From: Gemmatimonadales bacterium
Lineage (GTDB): Bacteria > Gemmatimonadota > Gemmatimonadetes > Gemmatimonadales > GWC2-71-9
Length of the DNA: 64,000 nt
Direction: 5' to 3'
Assembly (NCBI GenBank): GCA_035601235.1
Contig: DATNOR010000186.1
Span: 279-64,278, forward strand
In this document: positions 55,340-63,977 of the stretch, one piece after another
Numbering within the stretch: position 1 is the stretch's first letter
Layout of the letters: every line of letters starts with the position of its first letter
The notes under the pieces: generated by a model
Seen by the model: only the letters and a program-made list of their open reading frames with translations
What the model was told of the DNA's origin: nothing
Database searches by the model: none
Program-made: the position numbers and the translations under genes

Positions 55340-56830
55340 CTAGGCCTCGGTGTCGATTTGGGCGCGCTGCAGCTTCCCGGAGAAGTCGACGTAGACGACT
55401 TTGGTCTCCGAATAGAAATCGTACACTTCCCACCCGCCCTCGCGGTGCCCGTTGCCTGTCTGCTTGACGCCGCCAAACGGCAGGTGCGCCTCGGCGCCGA
55501 TGGTCGGGGCGTTGACGTAGGTGATGCCCGTATCGAGCTCACCCATCGCCCGGAACGCGGCGTTCACGTCTCGCGTGTAGAGCGAGCTGGAGAGTCCGTA
55601 GGGCACATCGTTGTTGACGCGAATCGCCTCGTCGAGCGAGGCCACCTTGATCACCGCGAGCACCGGGCCGAAGATCTCCTGCTGCTCGACCCGCATGCCG
55701 GGCGCGACGCCCGACACCACGGTCGGCTGGTAGAACCAGCCGCGCTCGAGCCCCGCGCCCGTGGCCCGCTCGCCGCCGATCAGCACGCGCGCGCCGTCCT
55801 GGCGAGCGACGCCGACGTAGTACTCGACCTTCTTCAGGGCGTCCTCGTTGATGAGGGGTCCGACGTCGGTCCGCTCGTCCAGGCCGGGCCCGAGCCGCAG
55901 CCGGCCGGCGCGATCGCACAGCATCTGCAGCAGCCGGTCGTGCACCCGCTCGTGCACGAGCAGGCGGCTGGTCGCGGTGCAGCGTTGGCCGGTGGTACCG
56001 AACGCCCCCCACAGCACGCCTTCCAGCGCCAGGTCGAGATCCGCATCGTCCATCACGATCATGGCGTTTTTTCCGCCCATTTCGAGCGACAGGCGCTTGT
56101 GCATCCGGCCGCACGTGGCGCCGATGATCGCGCCGGTTTCGGTCGAGCCGGTGAACGAGATCACCGGCACGTCCGGGTGCTCGACCATCGCCCGCCCCAC
56201 GACCGACCCCTCCCCGTGTACCAGCTGCACCACCTCGGGGGGCAGGCCCGCTTCGAGAAGCAGCTCGACCAACAGGTGCGCCGTGTGGGGCACGTCCTCG
56301 GCCGGTTTGAAGATCACCGCGTTCCCGCACAACAGGGCCGGAAACATCTTCCACGTCGGAATGGCGAGCGGGAAATTGAACGGCGTGATGAGGCCGGCGA
56401 CGCCGATCGGCCGGCGGAAGCTCATCGCCCACTTGTTGCGCAGCTCCGAGGGCACGGTGCGGCCGAACAGCCGCCTCCCTTCCGTGTGAGCGTAGTGCGC
56501 GGTGTCGATCCCCTCCTGCACGTCCCCACGGGTCTCGGCCAGCACCTTGCCCATCTCGCGCGTCATGGCGCGCGCGATCGTTTCCTTGCGCTCGACCAGC
56601 AGGTCCCCCACGCGGTGCAGCACCTCGCCCCGGACCGGCGCGGGTGTCTTGGACCAGAGAGCGAACCCGCGCTGGGCCGACGCGACGGCGCGGGCCACGT
56701 CGTCCGGCCCGGAGCGCGGGAAGCAGCCGATGATGTCGTCCCGGTCGGCCGGGTTGCGGTTCTCGAAGTAGGCGCCGGTCGCGGGGGCGACCCATTGGCC
56801 ACCGATGAAGTTCTTGAAGGTCTCGGACAT
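55340..56830 (-). CDS. NAD(P)-dependent aldehyde dehydrogenase
   Basis: FNFPLAIP, VISFTGSTETG, LEMGGKNA, GQRCTA, PFGGVKQTGNG. Confidence 0.93.
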   Translation of the reverse strand: MSETFKNFIGGQWVAPATGAYFENRNPADRDDIIGCFPRSGPDDVARAVASAQRGFALWSKTPAPVRGEVLHRVGDLLVERKETIARAMTREMGKVLAETRGDVQEGIDTAHYAHTEGRRLFGRTVPSELRNKWAMSFRRPIGVAGLITPFNFPLAIPTWKMFPALLCGNAVIFKPAEDVPHTAHLLVELLLEAGLPPEVVQLVHGEGSVVGRAMVEHPDVPVISFTGSTETGAIIGATCGRMHKRLSLEMGGKNAMIVMDDADLDLALEGVLWGAFGTTGQRCTATSRLLVHERVHDRLLQMLCDRAGRLRLGPGLDERTDVGPLINEDALKKVEYYVGVARQDGARVLIGGERATGAGLERGWFYQPTVVSGVAPGMRVEQQEIFGPVLAVIKVASLDEAIRVNNDVPYGLSSSLYTRDVNAAFRAMGELDTGITYVNAPTIGAEAHLPFGGVKQTGNGHREGGWEVYDFYSETKVVYVDFSGKLQRAQIDTEA

Positions 56831-56833
56831 GGG

Positions 56834-56868
56834 AGGGATCAGGGGTCAGGGGTCGGGTGCCAGGGTGT
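56834..56868. repeat. heptamer array AGGGATC AGGGGTC AGGGGTC GGGTGCC AGGGTGT filling an intergenic spacer
   Basis: Read directly. It occupies essentially all of the 37 nt between the stop at 56868-70 and the aldh ATG at 56830. Confidence 0.75.
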
Positions 56869-57377
56869 CAGCGCTTCGGCGCCAACGTAGGCGGTGACAC
56901 GTCGGGGCAGAGCCAGAGCGCGGCCGCGTGGCTGCCGACGCGCGGCAGGACTTCCCGTGTCATCAGGAGGATGCCCCAGACGATGAGGCCCTGCGCGATC
57001 ACATGGGCGAAGCCGAGGCGTCGTTTCCAGGACGAGAGGCTGGCCCACACGCCCGCGGCCACCACGGTGGTCACGCCCAGGAGATAGAAGATCAGCCGCA
57101 ACCCGCAGCCGTGCGAATACGGCCAGACGCCGGGGGCGACCCCGATGCCGACGAGCACGCCGAGCGCCACCTTGGCCCACGTGCCGAGTCGCCCGGAGCC
57201 GCTCGGGGGTGCGACGCCGCCGCGCGGCGTCACCGTGGAGAGCGACGGCTTTTTGGCGGTCGGCTCGTAGCCAGCCCGGCGGCCCAGCGTCGGGTCCGCG
57301 TCGGGGAGCTTCTTGAGCAGCCGGTCGACCTCGGCCATCTCTTTGTCCCAGTCCCGCTCTTTATCGCTTCCCGCCAC
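56868..57377 (-). CDS. hypothetical membrane protein (charged N-terminus plus 3-4 TM segments)
   Basis: The GTG start overlaps the activator stop by 1 nt. Hydrophobic spans VALGVLVGIGVA, LIFYLLGVTTVVAAGVWA, GLIVWGILLM. Confidence 0.5.
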   Translation of the reverse strand: MAGSDKERDWDKEMAEVDRLLKKLPDADPTLGRRAGYEPTAKKPSLSTVTPRGGVAPPSGSGRLGTWAKVALGVLVGIGVAPGVWPYSHGCGLRLIFYLLGVTTVVAAGVWASLSSWKRRLGFAHVIAQGLIVWGILLMTREVLPRVGSHAAALWLCPDVSPPTLAPKR

Positions 57378-58771
57378 TACGCCCCCCCGTCCCGCGCCAG
57401 CCGGTAGCGCTCGATCTTCTTGTAGAGATTACTGCGCGGCATATCCAATGTGCGCGCCGTCTCCGACACATTCCAGTCGTTTTCCTGCAGCTTGGCGAGG
57501 ATGTAGGTCCGCTCCGCCACCTGCTTGAACTCCTCGAACGTCGCCGCCCGCATCCACGGCGCCGCGGACACGTCGACGGGCCCCGTCCCCCGTCCCCCGT
57601 CCCCCGTCCCGACGCCCGCGATCCGCTCCACATCCGATACGGTGACCGTCGGACCGGGGGCGAGAATGAGGAGGCGCTCGACGGCATTGCGCAGCTCGCG
57701 GATGTTGCCGGGCCAGTCGTACGCGGCGAGCCGTTTCAGGGCGTCGGGGTCGACGCCCTTGGCCTGGAGCCCGCCGCGCTCGGTCAAGCGAGCGGTGAAG
57801 TGCTCGACCAGCTGCGGCACGTCGGCCCGGCGGGCGCGCAGCGGCGGCACCTCGATCGGCACGACGTTGAGCCGGTAGAGCAGATCCTCCCGGAACCGAC
57901 CCGCGGCGATTTCGGCGCGCAGATCCTTGTTGGTGGCAGCGACGACCCGCACGTCCACCGCCAGCGTCTTGCCCGACCCCACGCGGGAGATGACGGCCTC
58001 CTCCAGCGCGCGCAGCACCTTGGCCTGGGCCGAGAGGCTCATGTCGCCGACCTCGTCGAGGAACAGCGTTCCTCCATCGGCCAGCTCGAACTTGCCGGCG
58101 CGGTCGGCGAATGCGCCGGTGAAGCTGCCCTTCATGTGCCCGAACAGCTCGCTCTCGATCAGCTCCGTCGGGATCGCCGCGCAGTTCACCTCCACGAACG
58201 GCTGGTCGGCGCGGGGGGAGAGCGTATGGATGGCGCGGGCGACGAGCTCCTTGCCGGTGCCGTTTTCGCCGGTGATGAGGACGCGCGCCGCGGTCGGCGC
58301 CACCTTCTCGATGCGCTCGATCACACCCTTCACGGCCCGGCTCGAGCCCACGATCTCGTACTGGGCGTGCACCTCGGCTTTGAGCCGCACGTTCTCGCTG
58401 GCGAGGTCCACGTGCTCGAGGGCGTTGCGCAGCGTGAGGAGGATGCGGTCCGTGTCGAGCGGCTTCTCGAGGAAGTCGTAGGCGCCGAGCTGGGTCGCTT
58501 CGACGGCGGTCTGGATGGTGCCGTGGCCCGAAATCATCACGACCTGCGCGCGCGAGTCGAGCTCGCGCAGCTTGCGCAGCGTCTCGAGGCCGTCCATGCC
58601 CTGCATCTTCACGTCGAGCAACACGAGGTGGGGCCGGAACTCGGGGTAGAGGCTCAGCGCCTCGGCGCCGGAGACGCACGCCCGCACGTCGATGTCCTCG
58701 TACTCGAGCAGCTGGGTCAGGGCTTCACGGATGCCCTTCTCGTCGTCCACGACCAGGACCCGCCGGCTCAC
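57377..58771 (-). CDS. sigma-54-dependent response regulator (REC - AAA+ - Fis-type HTH)
   Basis: VLVVDDE...LLDVKM receiver. GENGTGKE Walker A. GAFTGA-like GSFTGA. ESELFGH. C-terminal ARTLDMPRSNLYKKI HTH. Confidence 0.92.
   Translation of the reverse strand: MSRRVLVVDDEKGIREALTQLLEYEDIDVRACVSGAEALSLYPEFRPHLVLLDVKMQGMDGLETLRKLRELDSRAQVVMISGHGTIQTAVEATQLGAYDFLEKPLDTDRILLTLRNALEHVDLASENVRLKAEVHAQYEIVGSSRAVKGVIERIEKVAPTAARVLITGENGTGKELVARAIHTLSPRADQPFVEVNCAAIPTELIESELFGHMKGSFTGAFADRAGKFELADGGTLFLDEVGDMSLSAQAKVLRALEEAVISRVGSGKTLAVDVRVVAATNKDLRAEIAAGRFREDLLYRLNVVPIEVPPLRARRADVPQLVEHFTARLTERGGLQAKGVDPDALKRLAAYDWPGNIRELRNAVERLLILAPGPTVTVSDVERIAGVGTGDGGRGTGPVDVSAAPWMRAATFEEFKQVAERTYILAKLQENDWNVSETARTLDMPRSNLYKKIERYRLARDGGA
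57581..57608. repeat. four perfect CCCCGTC heptamers inside the activator gene
   Basis: Read directly. The coding strand is (GACGGGG)4, encoding GVGTGDGGRGTGPV in the linker between the AAA+ and HTH domains. Same unit as the hyuA hairpin arms. Confidence 0.85.
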
Positions 58772-59436
58772 GTCTTCCTCCGCTTGTAGCGGTACAGCAC
58801 CACCCCCGTCGGATGGATGGCGACATCGGTGAACGTCGGGGAGACCCGCAGCGGCACGGCGCCGCTCGAATCGGCCCCCGCCACGCGCTGCGCCAGCTGC
58901 TTCACCAGCGGCCCCGGGAACGGGAAGCCGCGCAGCGACAGCTCGGCGACCGTGAAACGGCCGACGCCGGGCCGCTCGATCGCGAGCGGGCCGGCGATGC
59001 GCAGCGGCTCCATCGGGCGCAGCATCCCGGCGAGCGGCCCCAGCGCGTCGGGCGGGATGACGCGCGTGTCGAGACGGCAGTACACGGCGAGGGTACCCTC
59101 GAGCAGCTCCACGCGCAGCGAGTCGAAACTCTTGCGCACCGACCAGTCGATCCCGCTACCGATCATCGCGGCGATCTCGTTGGGCGAGAGCACCACCGAG
59201 TCGGGACCTTCGTCATGCCTGAGGCGCTCGACCTTGGTCTGGCTGGACGAGAGTGCCTTGGGGGTGGGGGCGCCGACCGCCGTATCGGCGACGGGCGGGA
59301 GCTTGGTCGAATGGGGCCCGAGCCAGCGAGAGGCGCCGCGCAGGAGCGGCTCGCGGAACCACCACGCCACGAGCGCCACCACCAGGGCGGTGGTGAAGAG
59401 CGCGAGCCGGAAGAGTCCCTTAAGGCAGCCGTTCAC
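58768..59436 (-). CDS. hypothetical membrane-anchored protein
   Basis: N-terminal TM segment LFRLALFTTALVVALVAWW. Its stop overlaps the GTG of the activator gene (GTGA). No family recognised. Confidence 0.5.
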   Translation of the reverse strand: MNGCLKGLFRLALFTTALVVALVAWWFREPLLRGASRWLGPHSTKLPPVADTAVGAPTPKALSSSQTKVERLRHDEGPDSVVLSPNEIAAMIGSGIDWSVRKSFDSLRVELLEGTLAVYCRLDTRVIPPDALGPLAGMLRPMEPLRIAGPLAIERPGVGRFTVAELSLRGFPFPGPLVKQLAQRVAGADSSGAVPLRVSPTFTDVAIHPTGVVLYRYKRRKT

Positions 59437-59977
59437 TGTGTCTCACGTTGTACACCGCCCCGCCCGATCGGAGCGTGCTCTGCATCAGGTCGAGCCCGCT
59501 CACCACGGCCGTCTGCGCGAACTCGAGCCGCGCCAACCCGGACTCGAGCCCCGCGAAGTCGCGGGGTCGGGCCTCCCGCCGCGCGCGCCCCAGCGTCACG
59601 TGAGGCCGAAACGGCCGCGCCTCAGAGGGGAACCCGAGCGGCGCGAATTCCTGCTCCACCCGATGCTGCAGGATCTCGAGCCCCGGCTCCGGCGCGATTC
59701 CCGCCCACACCACGCGCGGCCGGTGGAAATCGGGAAACACGCCGAACCCTTGCAGCGCGAGCGCCAGGGTGCGCGCTCCCGCCGCCGCACGCCCGAGTGC
59801 CGCCGCGATCTCCGCCTCCCGGTCGTCCCCGACCTCGCCAAGAAACTTGAGCGTCAGGTGGATGCCGTCGCCGCGCACCCAATTCACGGGGAGTCCCAGC
59901 TCGCGCAGCGGTGCCGTGGCAGCCCACAGTGCTTCGCGCACGGCGGGAGGAAGATTCAACGCGACGAACAGCCTCAC
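59420..59977 (-). CDS. thpR: RNA 2',3'-cyclic phosphodiesterase (2H family)
   Basis: GTG 59977 overlaps the larE-like stop. Two HxT motifs (IHLTLKFLG and PHVTLGR). Confidence 0.82.
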   Translation of the reverse strand: MRLFVALNLPPAVREALWAATAPLRELGLPVNWVRGDGIHLTLKFLGEVGDDREAEIAAALGRAAAGARTLALALQGFGVFPDFHRPRVVWAGIAPEPGLEILQHRVEQEFAPLGFPSEARPFRPHVTLGRARREARPRDFAGLESGLARLEFAQTAVVSGLDLMQSTLRSGGAVYNVRHSERLP

Positions 59978-60789
59978 GCGCCAGGAGCGGAGGTGCGGCC
60001 GGCAAGCAGGCTGCCGCGGCGGTACCCCTTTGGATCGAGCTCGACTGCGGTGAATCCCAGCTCGCTCAGCCGCCGCACCACGGCGGGCATGCGCTCGGCG
60101 AGCCACGGGATCCAGCGCGGCTCCACCTCAATGCGGGCGCGCTCACCGTGGTGGCGCAAGCGCAGATCCCCCGTGATACCCAGCTCCCGCAGGTACGCCT
60201 CCCCCTGCTCCACCTGGGCGAGCCGGCCCGGCGTGATCGCGATGCCGTACGCGACGCGGCTCGAGAGGCACGGCGCCGCGGGCGCATCCCATATGGGGAC
60301 CCCCAGCTCGCGCGCCGCGGCGCGCACGTTCGCCTTCGTGAAGCCCGCCTCCGCGAGCGGCGAGCGGACGCCGGCCGCCACCCCCGCGGCATACCCCGGG
60401 CGATGCTCGCTCAGATCGTCCGCGTTGGTGCCGTCGCACACCACGGCGAGGCCACGCGCCCGTGCCTCGGGGACCAGCCGGCGCCACAGCTCCGTCTTAC
60501 AGAAGAAGCAGCGGTTGGTGGGATTGGCGAGGTAGCTGGGGTCGTCGAGCTCGTGTGTGTGTAGTTCGACGAGCGGCACATCGAAGCGCTCGGCCACGGC
60601 GCGGGCCGCAGCCCATTGGGCGGCGGGATAGGACGGACTCCGGCCCACCGCCGCGAGGACCCGCTCCCGCCCGAGCTCCTGGCGGAGCACCACGGCGAGC
60701 AGGGCCGAATCGACCCCGCCCGAATACCCCACCAGGGTGGAAGGAATGCGGCGGGCGAGGGCGCGCAACGCCGGAAGGGAGCCGGACAC
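59974..60789 (-). CDS. PP-loop ATP-utilising enzyme, LarE-like sulfur transferase family
   Basis: VGYSGGVDSALLA PP-loop. FCKTELW. CDGTNADD. APCLSSRV. Confidence 0.75.
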   Translation of the reverse strand: MSGSLPALRALARRIPSTLVGYSGGVDSALLAVVLRQELGRERVLAAVGRSPSYPAAQWAAARAVAERFDVPLVELHTHELDDPSYLANPTNRCFFCKTELWRRLVPEARARGLAVVCDGTNADDLSEHRPGYAAGVAAGVRSPLAEAGFTKANVRAAARELGVPIWDAPAAPCLSSRVAYGIAITPGRLAQVEQGEAYLRELGITGDLRLRHHGERARIEVEPRWIPWLAERMPAVVRRLSELGFTAVELDPKGYRRGSLLAGRTSAPGA

Positions 60790-60947
60790 GGCGGAATACT
60801 AATGACTTACACTGTCTCCATCAAAGGACATTTCCAGGGCGACCAGTGGATAGATCGTAGCCCCGGAACCGTTTATTCTTATCATACGTTGTCACGAAGC
60901 AGCTGTGGTTTACGTCTAGTAGGTCTACAGGTATCGAGGCTTTCGAA

Positions 60948-61430
60948 ATGGCACACAAGACCGAGCTGGACGCCGTGGATCGCAAGATCTTGCGGCAGCT
61001 CGCGACCGACGGGCGCGCCAGCTATCAGGCGATCGCGGACGAAGTGGGACTGTCGCGGCCAGCCGTGATGGAGCGCGTCAAGCGGCTGGAGGAGGCGGGC
61101 TACATCACCGGCTATGGGGCGCGGGTGGACCGTGCCAAGTCCGGCTTTCCGGTGACCGCCTTCGTCGCCGTGCGCTACGCCAACTCCGACTACGTCGGCG
61201 ACGAGCCGCGGATGCGGGACATGGAGAAGCATCCGGAAGTGCTCGAATGTCACCATGTGGCGGGAGAGGATTGCTACATCCTCAAGGTCGCGGCACCGGA
61301 CCTCGAGAGCCTGCAGGGTGTGCTGAAAGACCTGCGCGGCTCGTCCAAGACCCAGATGAGCACGCGGACCACCATCGTGCTGGGCACGGTGTTCGAGAAG
61401 CCGGGATTCATCCCGGTGGAGCCGGACTGA
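60948..61430 (+). CDS. Lrp/AsnC-family transcriptional regulator
   Basis: LDAVDRKILRQLATDGRASYQAIADEVGLSRPAVMERVKRLEEAGYITGY followed by a RAM-like domain. Confidence 0.9.
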   Translation: MAHKTELDAVDRKILRQLATDGRASYQAIADEVGLSRPAVMERVKRLEEAGYITGYGARVDRAKSGFPVTAFVAVRYANSDYVGDEPRMRDMEKHPEVLECHHVAGEDCYILKVAAPDLESLQGVLKDLRGSSKTQMSTRTTIVLGTVFEKPGFIPVEPD

Positions 61431-62383
61431 TGGCCGGGCTGCGTGGCAAGGCGCTGATCGCGTATCTGGTGGTGTGCGTGTTCTGGGGGTCGACTTACCT
61501 CGCGATCCGCGTCGGGGTGGGAGTGCTCCCGCCATTCCTGTTCGCGGGCATCCGGTTCCTGACAGCGGGCGTGCTGCTGCTTGGCATCGTGCTCGCGCTG
61601 GGCGACCGGCTGCCGCCGCGGCTGGTGGACTGGCGCACTCAAGCGATCGTGGGCCTGCTGCTGCTCGCCGGCGGGAATGCGTTCGTGGTGTGGGCCGAGC
61701 AGTATACGCCCTCGGGCATCGCGAGCATCTTCGTGGTGACCGTGGCCCTGTGGATGGCGTTCTTCGACGCCGTCATTCCGGGCGGGACGGGAGATCTCAA
61801 CTGGCGCGTCGTGGCGGGTCTGGCGATCGGATTCATCGGTACCGCGCTGCTCGTGGGCGCGAGCCCGGCGGAGATCCTGCACGCCGACCTGCGCGGTCCG
61901 ATCGCGCTCACGGCGGCGAGCGCCTCGTGGTCGCTCGGCTCGGTGTACGGCAAGCGGCACAAGACGGAGACCAGTCCGTACGTCGGGGCGGCGCTCCAGA
62001 TGATCGCCGGCGGCGGCGCCGTGATCGTACTCGGTACCGCCCTCGGCGAATGGAGCCGGTGGCATTTGAGCGCGAAGGGCACGGGCGCCATGGCGTACCT
62101 GGTGGTCTTCGGATCGATCCTGGGCTACAGCGCCTACACCTACGCGCTGCGGCACGCGTCGCCCACCATCGTCGGCACGTACGCCTATGTGAACCCCGTG
62201 ATCGCCGTGCTGCTGGGCTGGCTCATCCTGGCGGAGCCGGTGACGGCACGCACCTTCCTCGCGATGGCGCTGATCCTCGGCGCCGTCGTGTGGATTCAAT
62301 TCTCACACAAGATCGGGCGGTCGGTCGGGCACACGAACGGACGGCCTGAGACCACGGCAGCCGTCCAACAGGAGTCGTCGTAA
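61430..62383 (+). CDS. EamA/DMT-family transporter
   Basis: The ATG overlaps the lrp-type stop by 1 nt. About ten hydrophobic spans. WGSTYLAIRVG and VNPVIAVLLGWLILAE, typical of EamA repeats. Confidence 0.85.
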   Translation: MAGLRGKALIAYLVVCVFWGSTYLAIRVGVGVLPPFLFAGIRFLTAGVLLLGIVLALGDRLPPRLVDWRTQAIVGLLLLAGGNAFVVWAEQYTPSGIASIFVVTVALWMAFFDAVIPGGTGDLNWRVVAGLAIGFIGTALLVGASPAEILHADLRGPIALTAASASWSLGSVYGKRHKTETSPYVGAALQMIAGGGAVIVLGTALGEWSRWHLSAKGTGAMAYLVVFGSILGYSAYTYALRHASPTIVGTYAYVNPVIAVLLGWLILAEPVTARTFLAMALILGAVVWIQFSHKIGRSVGHTNGRPETTAAVQQESS

Positions 62384-62384
62384 C

Positions 62385-62744
62385 GTGCGCAGCGTGAATC
62401 TCGCGGCGAAGTTCCGCCTGTTCGACGAGTACTGGAGCCCCAAGATCGTGGGCGAGCTCAACGACGCCTACGTCAAGCTCGTCAAGGTCAAGGGCGAGTT
62501 CGTGTGGCACCACCACGAGACGGAGGACGAGCTGTTCTTCGTGGTGAAGGGCCGGCTGCTGCTCAAGTTCCGCGATCGCGACGTATGGGTGGAAGAGGGG
62601 GAATTCGTGATCGTTCCCCGGGGCGTCGAGCACCTGCCCCTCGCGGCCGAGGAGACGCACGTGATGCTGCTCGAGCCGAAGTCCACGCTCAACACGGGGA
62701 ACGTCCGCAATGAGCGCACGGTCAGCGAGCTCGACCGGATCTGA
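62385..62744 (+). CDS. cupin-domain protein
   Basis: WHHHETEDELFFVVKGRL...VIVPRGVEH cupin motifs. Confidence 0.72.
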   Translation: MRSVNLAAKFRLFDEYWSPKIVGELNDAYVKLVKVKGEFVWHHHETEDELFFVVKGRLLLKFRDRDVWVEEGEFVIVPRGVEHLPLAAEETHVMLLEPKSTLNTGNVRNERTVSELDRI

Positions 62745-62751
62745 GCGCCGG

Positions 62752-63054
62752 ATGATCGCCCGGCTGTGGCACGGCGCCGTCCCGGCCGCCAAGGGCGACG
62801 CCTACGCCGCCTACTTGCGCAAGACGGGCGTGACCGAGTGCCGGGCCACTCCCGGAAACCTGGGCGTCCAAGTGCTGCGCCGCACCGCCGGCGGCGAGAC
62901 GCATTTCCTGTTCATCTCGTTGTGGGATTCGATGGAGGCGATCCGGACGTTCGCGGGCGACGACGTCGATCGGGCGCACTACTATCCCAAAGACGGCGAG
63001 TATCTGCTCGAGCTCGAGCCCACGGTCACGCACTACGAGGTGCTGGAGCGCTAG
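62752..63054 (+). CDS. small ABM-like (dimeric alpha-beta barrel) protein
   Basis: MIARLWHG...FLFISLWDSMEAIRTFAG resembles antibiotic-biosynthesis-monooxygenase-like proteins. Weak call. Confidence 0.5.
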   Translation: MIARLWHGAVPAAKGDAYAAYLRKTGVTECRATPGNLGVQVLRRTAGGETHFLFISLWDSMEAIRTFAGDDVDRAHYYPKDGEYLLELEPTVTHYEVLER

Positions 63055-63056
63055 CG

Positions 63057-63977
63057 TCAGTCGTCGTCGACGGGAATCTCGCTCGGCAGGGGCGTCATCG
63101 TCGGCGCCCGCAGCGCCGGCTTTCCTTCATCCGTGTACTTGAATCCCCGCGTGGTGTGGTACGCCAGGTCGATGTCGGGGGCGGCGGCGAACTCGGTGAG
63201 GATCTCTTCCCAGATGGCGTGCTCGGTGCCGCGACGCTTGCGGGGCTCGATCAGGTAGCGGATGGTCAGCTGTACCCCGTCGTTCACCACCTTGGTGTAC
63301 ACGATGGGCGTGAGCTTGCGGTAGTTGATGAGGTACTGCTGGGAAGCCGCGAGCAGCTCCTGCTCGGCCTGCGCGGTAAGGTGCTCCGCGTGCTTGACGG
63401 CGATCTTGCCGAGGATCTGCTTCGCTTTCTTCCAGTCGCTCTCGAAGGTGACCACTACGGGCACCTCGTTCCAGATGTAGCGGAAGCCCTTGTTGTAATT
63501 GGCCACCGGATCGCTGAACACCTTGCCGTTCGGGATGTGAATGATCCGTCCGCTCGACTGGTCGGCGTCGACCCAGCCGCCGATCTCGTTGAGGGTGAAC
63601 TGGAACAGGCCGAGGTCGATCACGTCGCCCGCGTGCGGGCCGATCTGCACGCGGTCGCCCACCTCGAACGGGCGGCGCCAGATGATGAACGCCCAGCCGG
63701 CGACGTTGGATAATGGCTCCTTGAGGGCAATCGCCAGCCCCGCGGACACCAGCCCCAGGTAGGTCGTGAGCGCGCTGGTTCCGACGAACCACGTTTGGCT
63801 CACGAGGATCACGCCCACCGCGACCAGCGCGTAGGTCACGCCCTTGCGCCAGCGATACCGGCCCCACGGGTCCTTCACGCGGCTGTAGACGAACCCCAGC
63901 ACGAAGTGGCGGACGAGCCAGAGCCCGACGATCGTCCCCACGGTCACGAGCAGCCGCGTCTGGAGCTGGGGGCTCAT
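63057..63977 (-). CDS. mechanosensitive ion channel (MscS) family protein
   Basis: TM helices followed by RPFEVGDRVQIGPHAGDVIDLGLFQFTLN, the MscS beta-domain signature. Confidence 0.88.
   Translation of the reverse strand: MSPQLQTRLLVTVGTIVGLWLVRHFVLGFVYSRVKDPWGRYRWRKGVTYALVAVGVILVSQTWFVGTSALTTYLGLVSAGLAIALKEPLSNVAGWAFIIWRRPFEVGDRVQIGPHAGDVIDLGLFQFTLNEIGGWVDADQSSGRIIHIPNGKVFSDPVANYNKGFRYIWNEVPVVVTFESDWKKAKQILGKIAVKHAEHLTAQAEQELLAASQQYLINYRKLTPIVYTKVVNDGVQLTIRYLIEPRKRRGTEHAIWEEILTEFAAAPDIDLAYHTTRGFKYTDEGKPALRAPTMTPLPSEIPVDDD

Noticed and set aside
56151-56164. Seventh GTGA-N6-TCAC match (ccGGTGAacgagaTCACCgg) inside the aldehyde dehydrogenase gene
   Set aside because: It is the reverse complement of the codons for the conserved PVISFTGS motif, so it is explained by coding constraints. 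One coding hit is about what base composition predicts.
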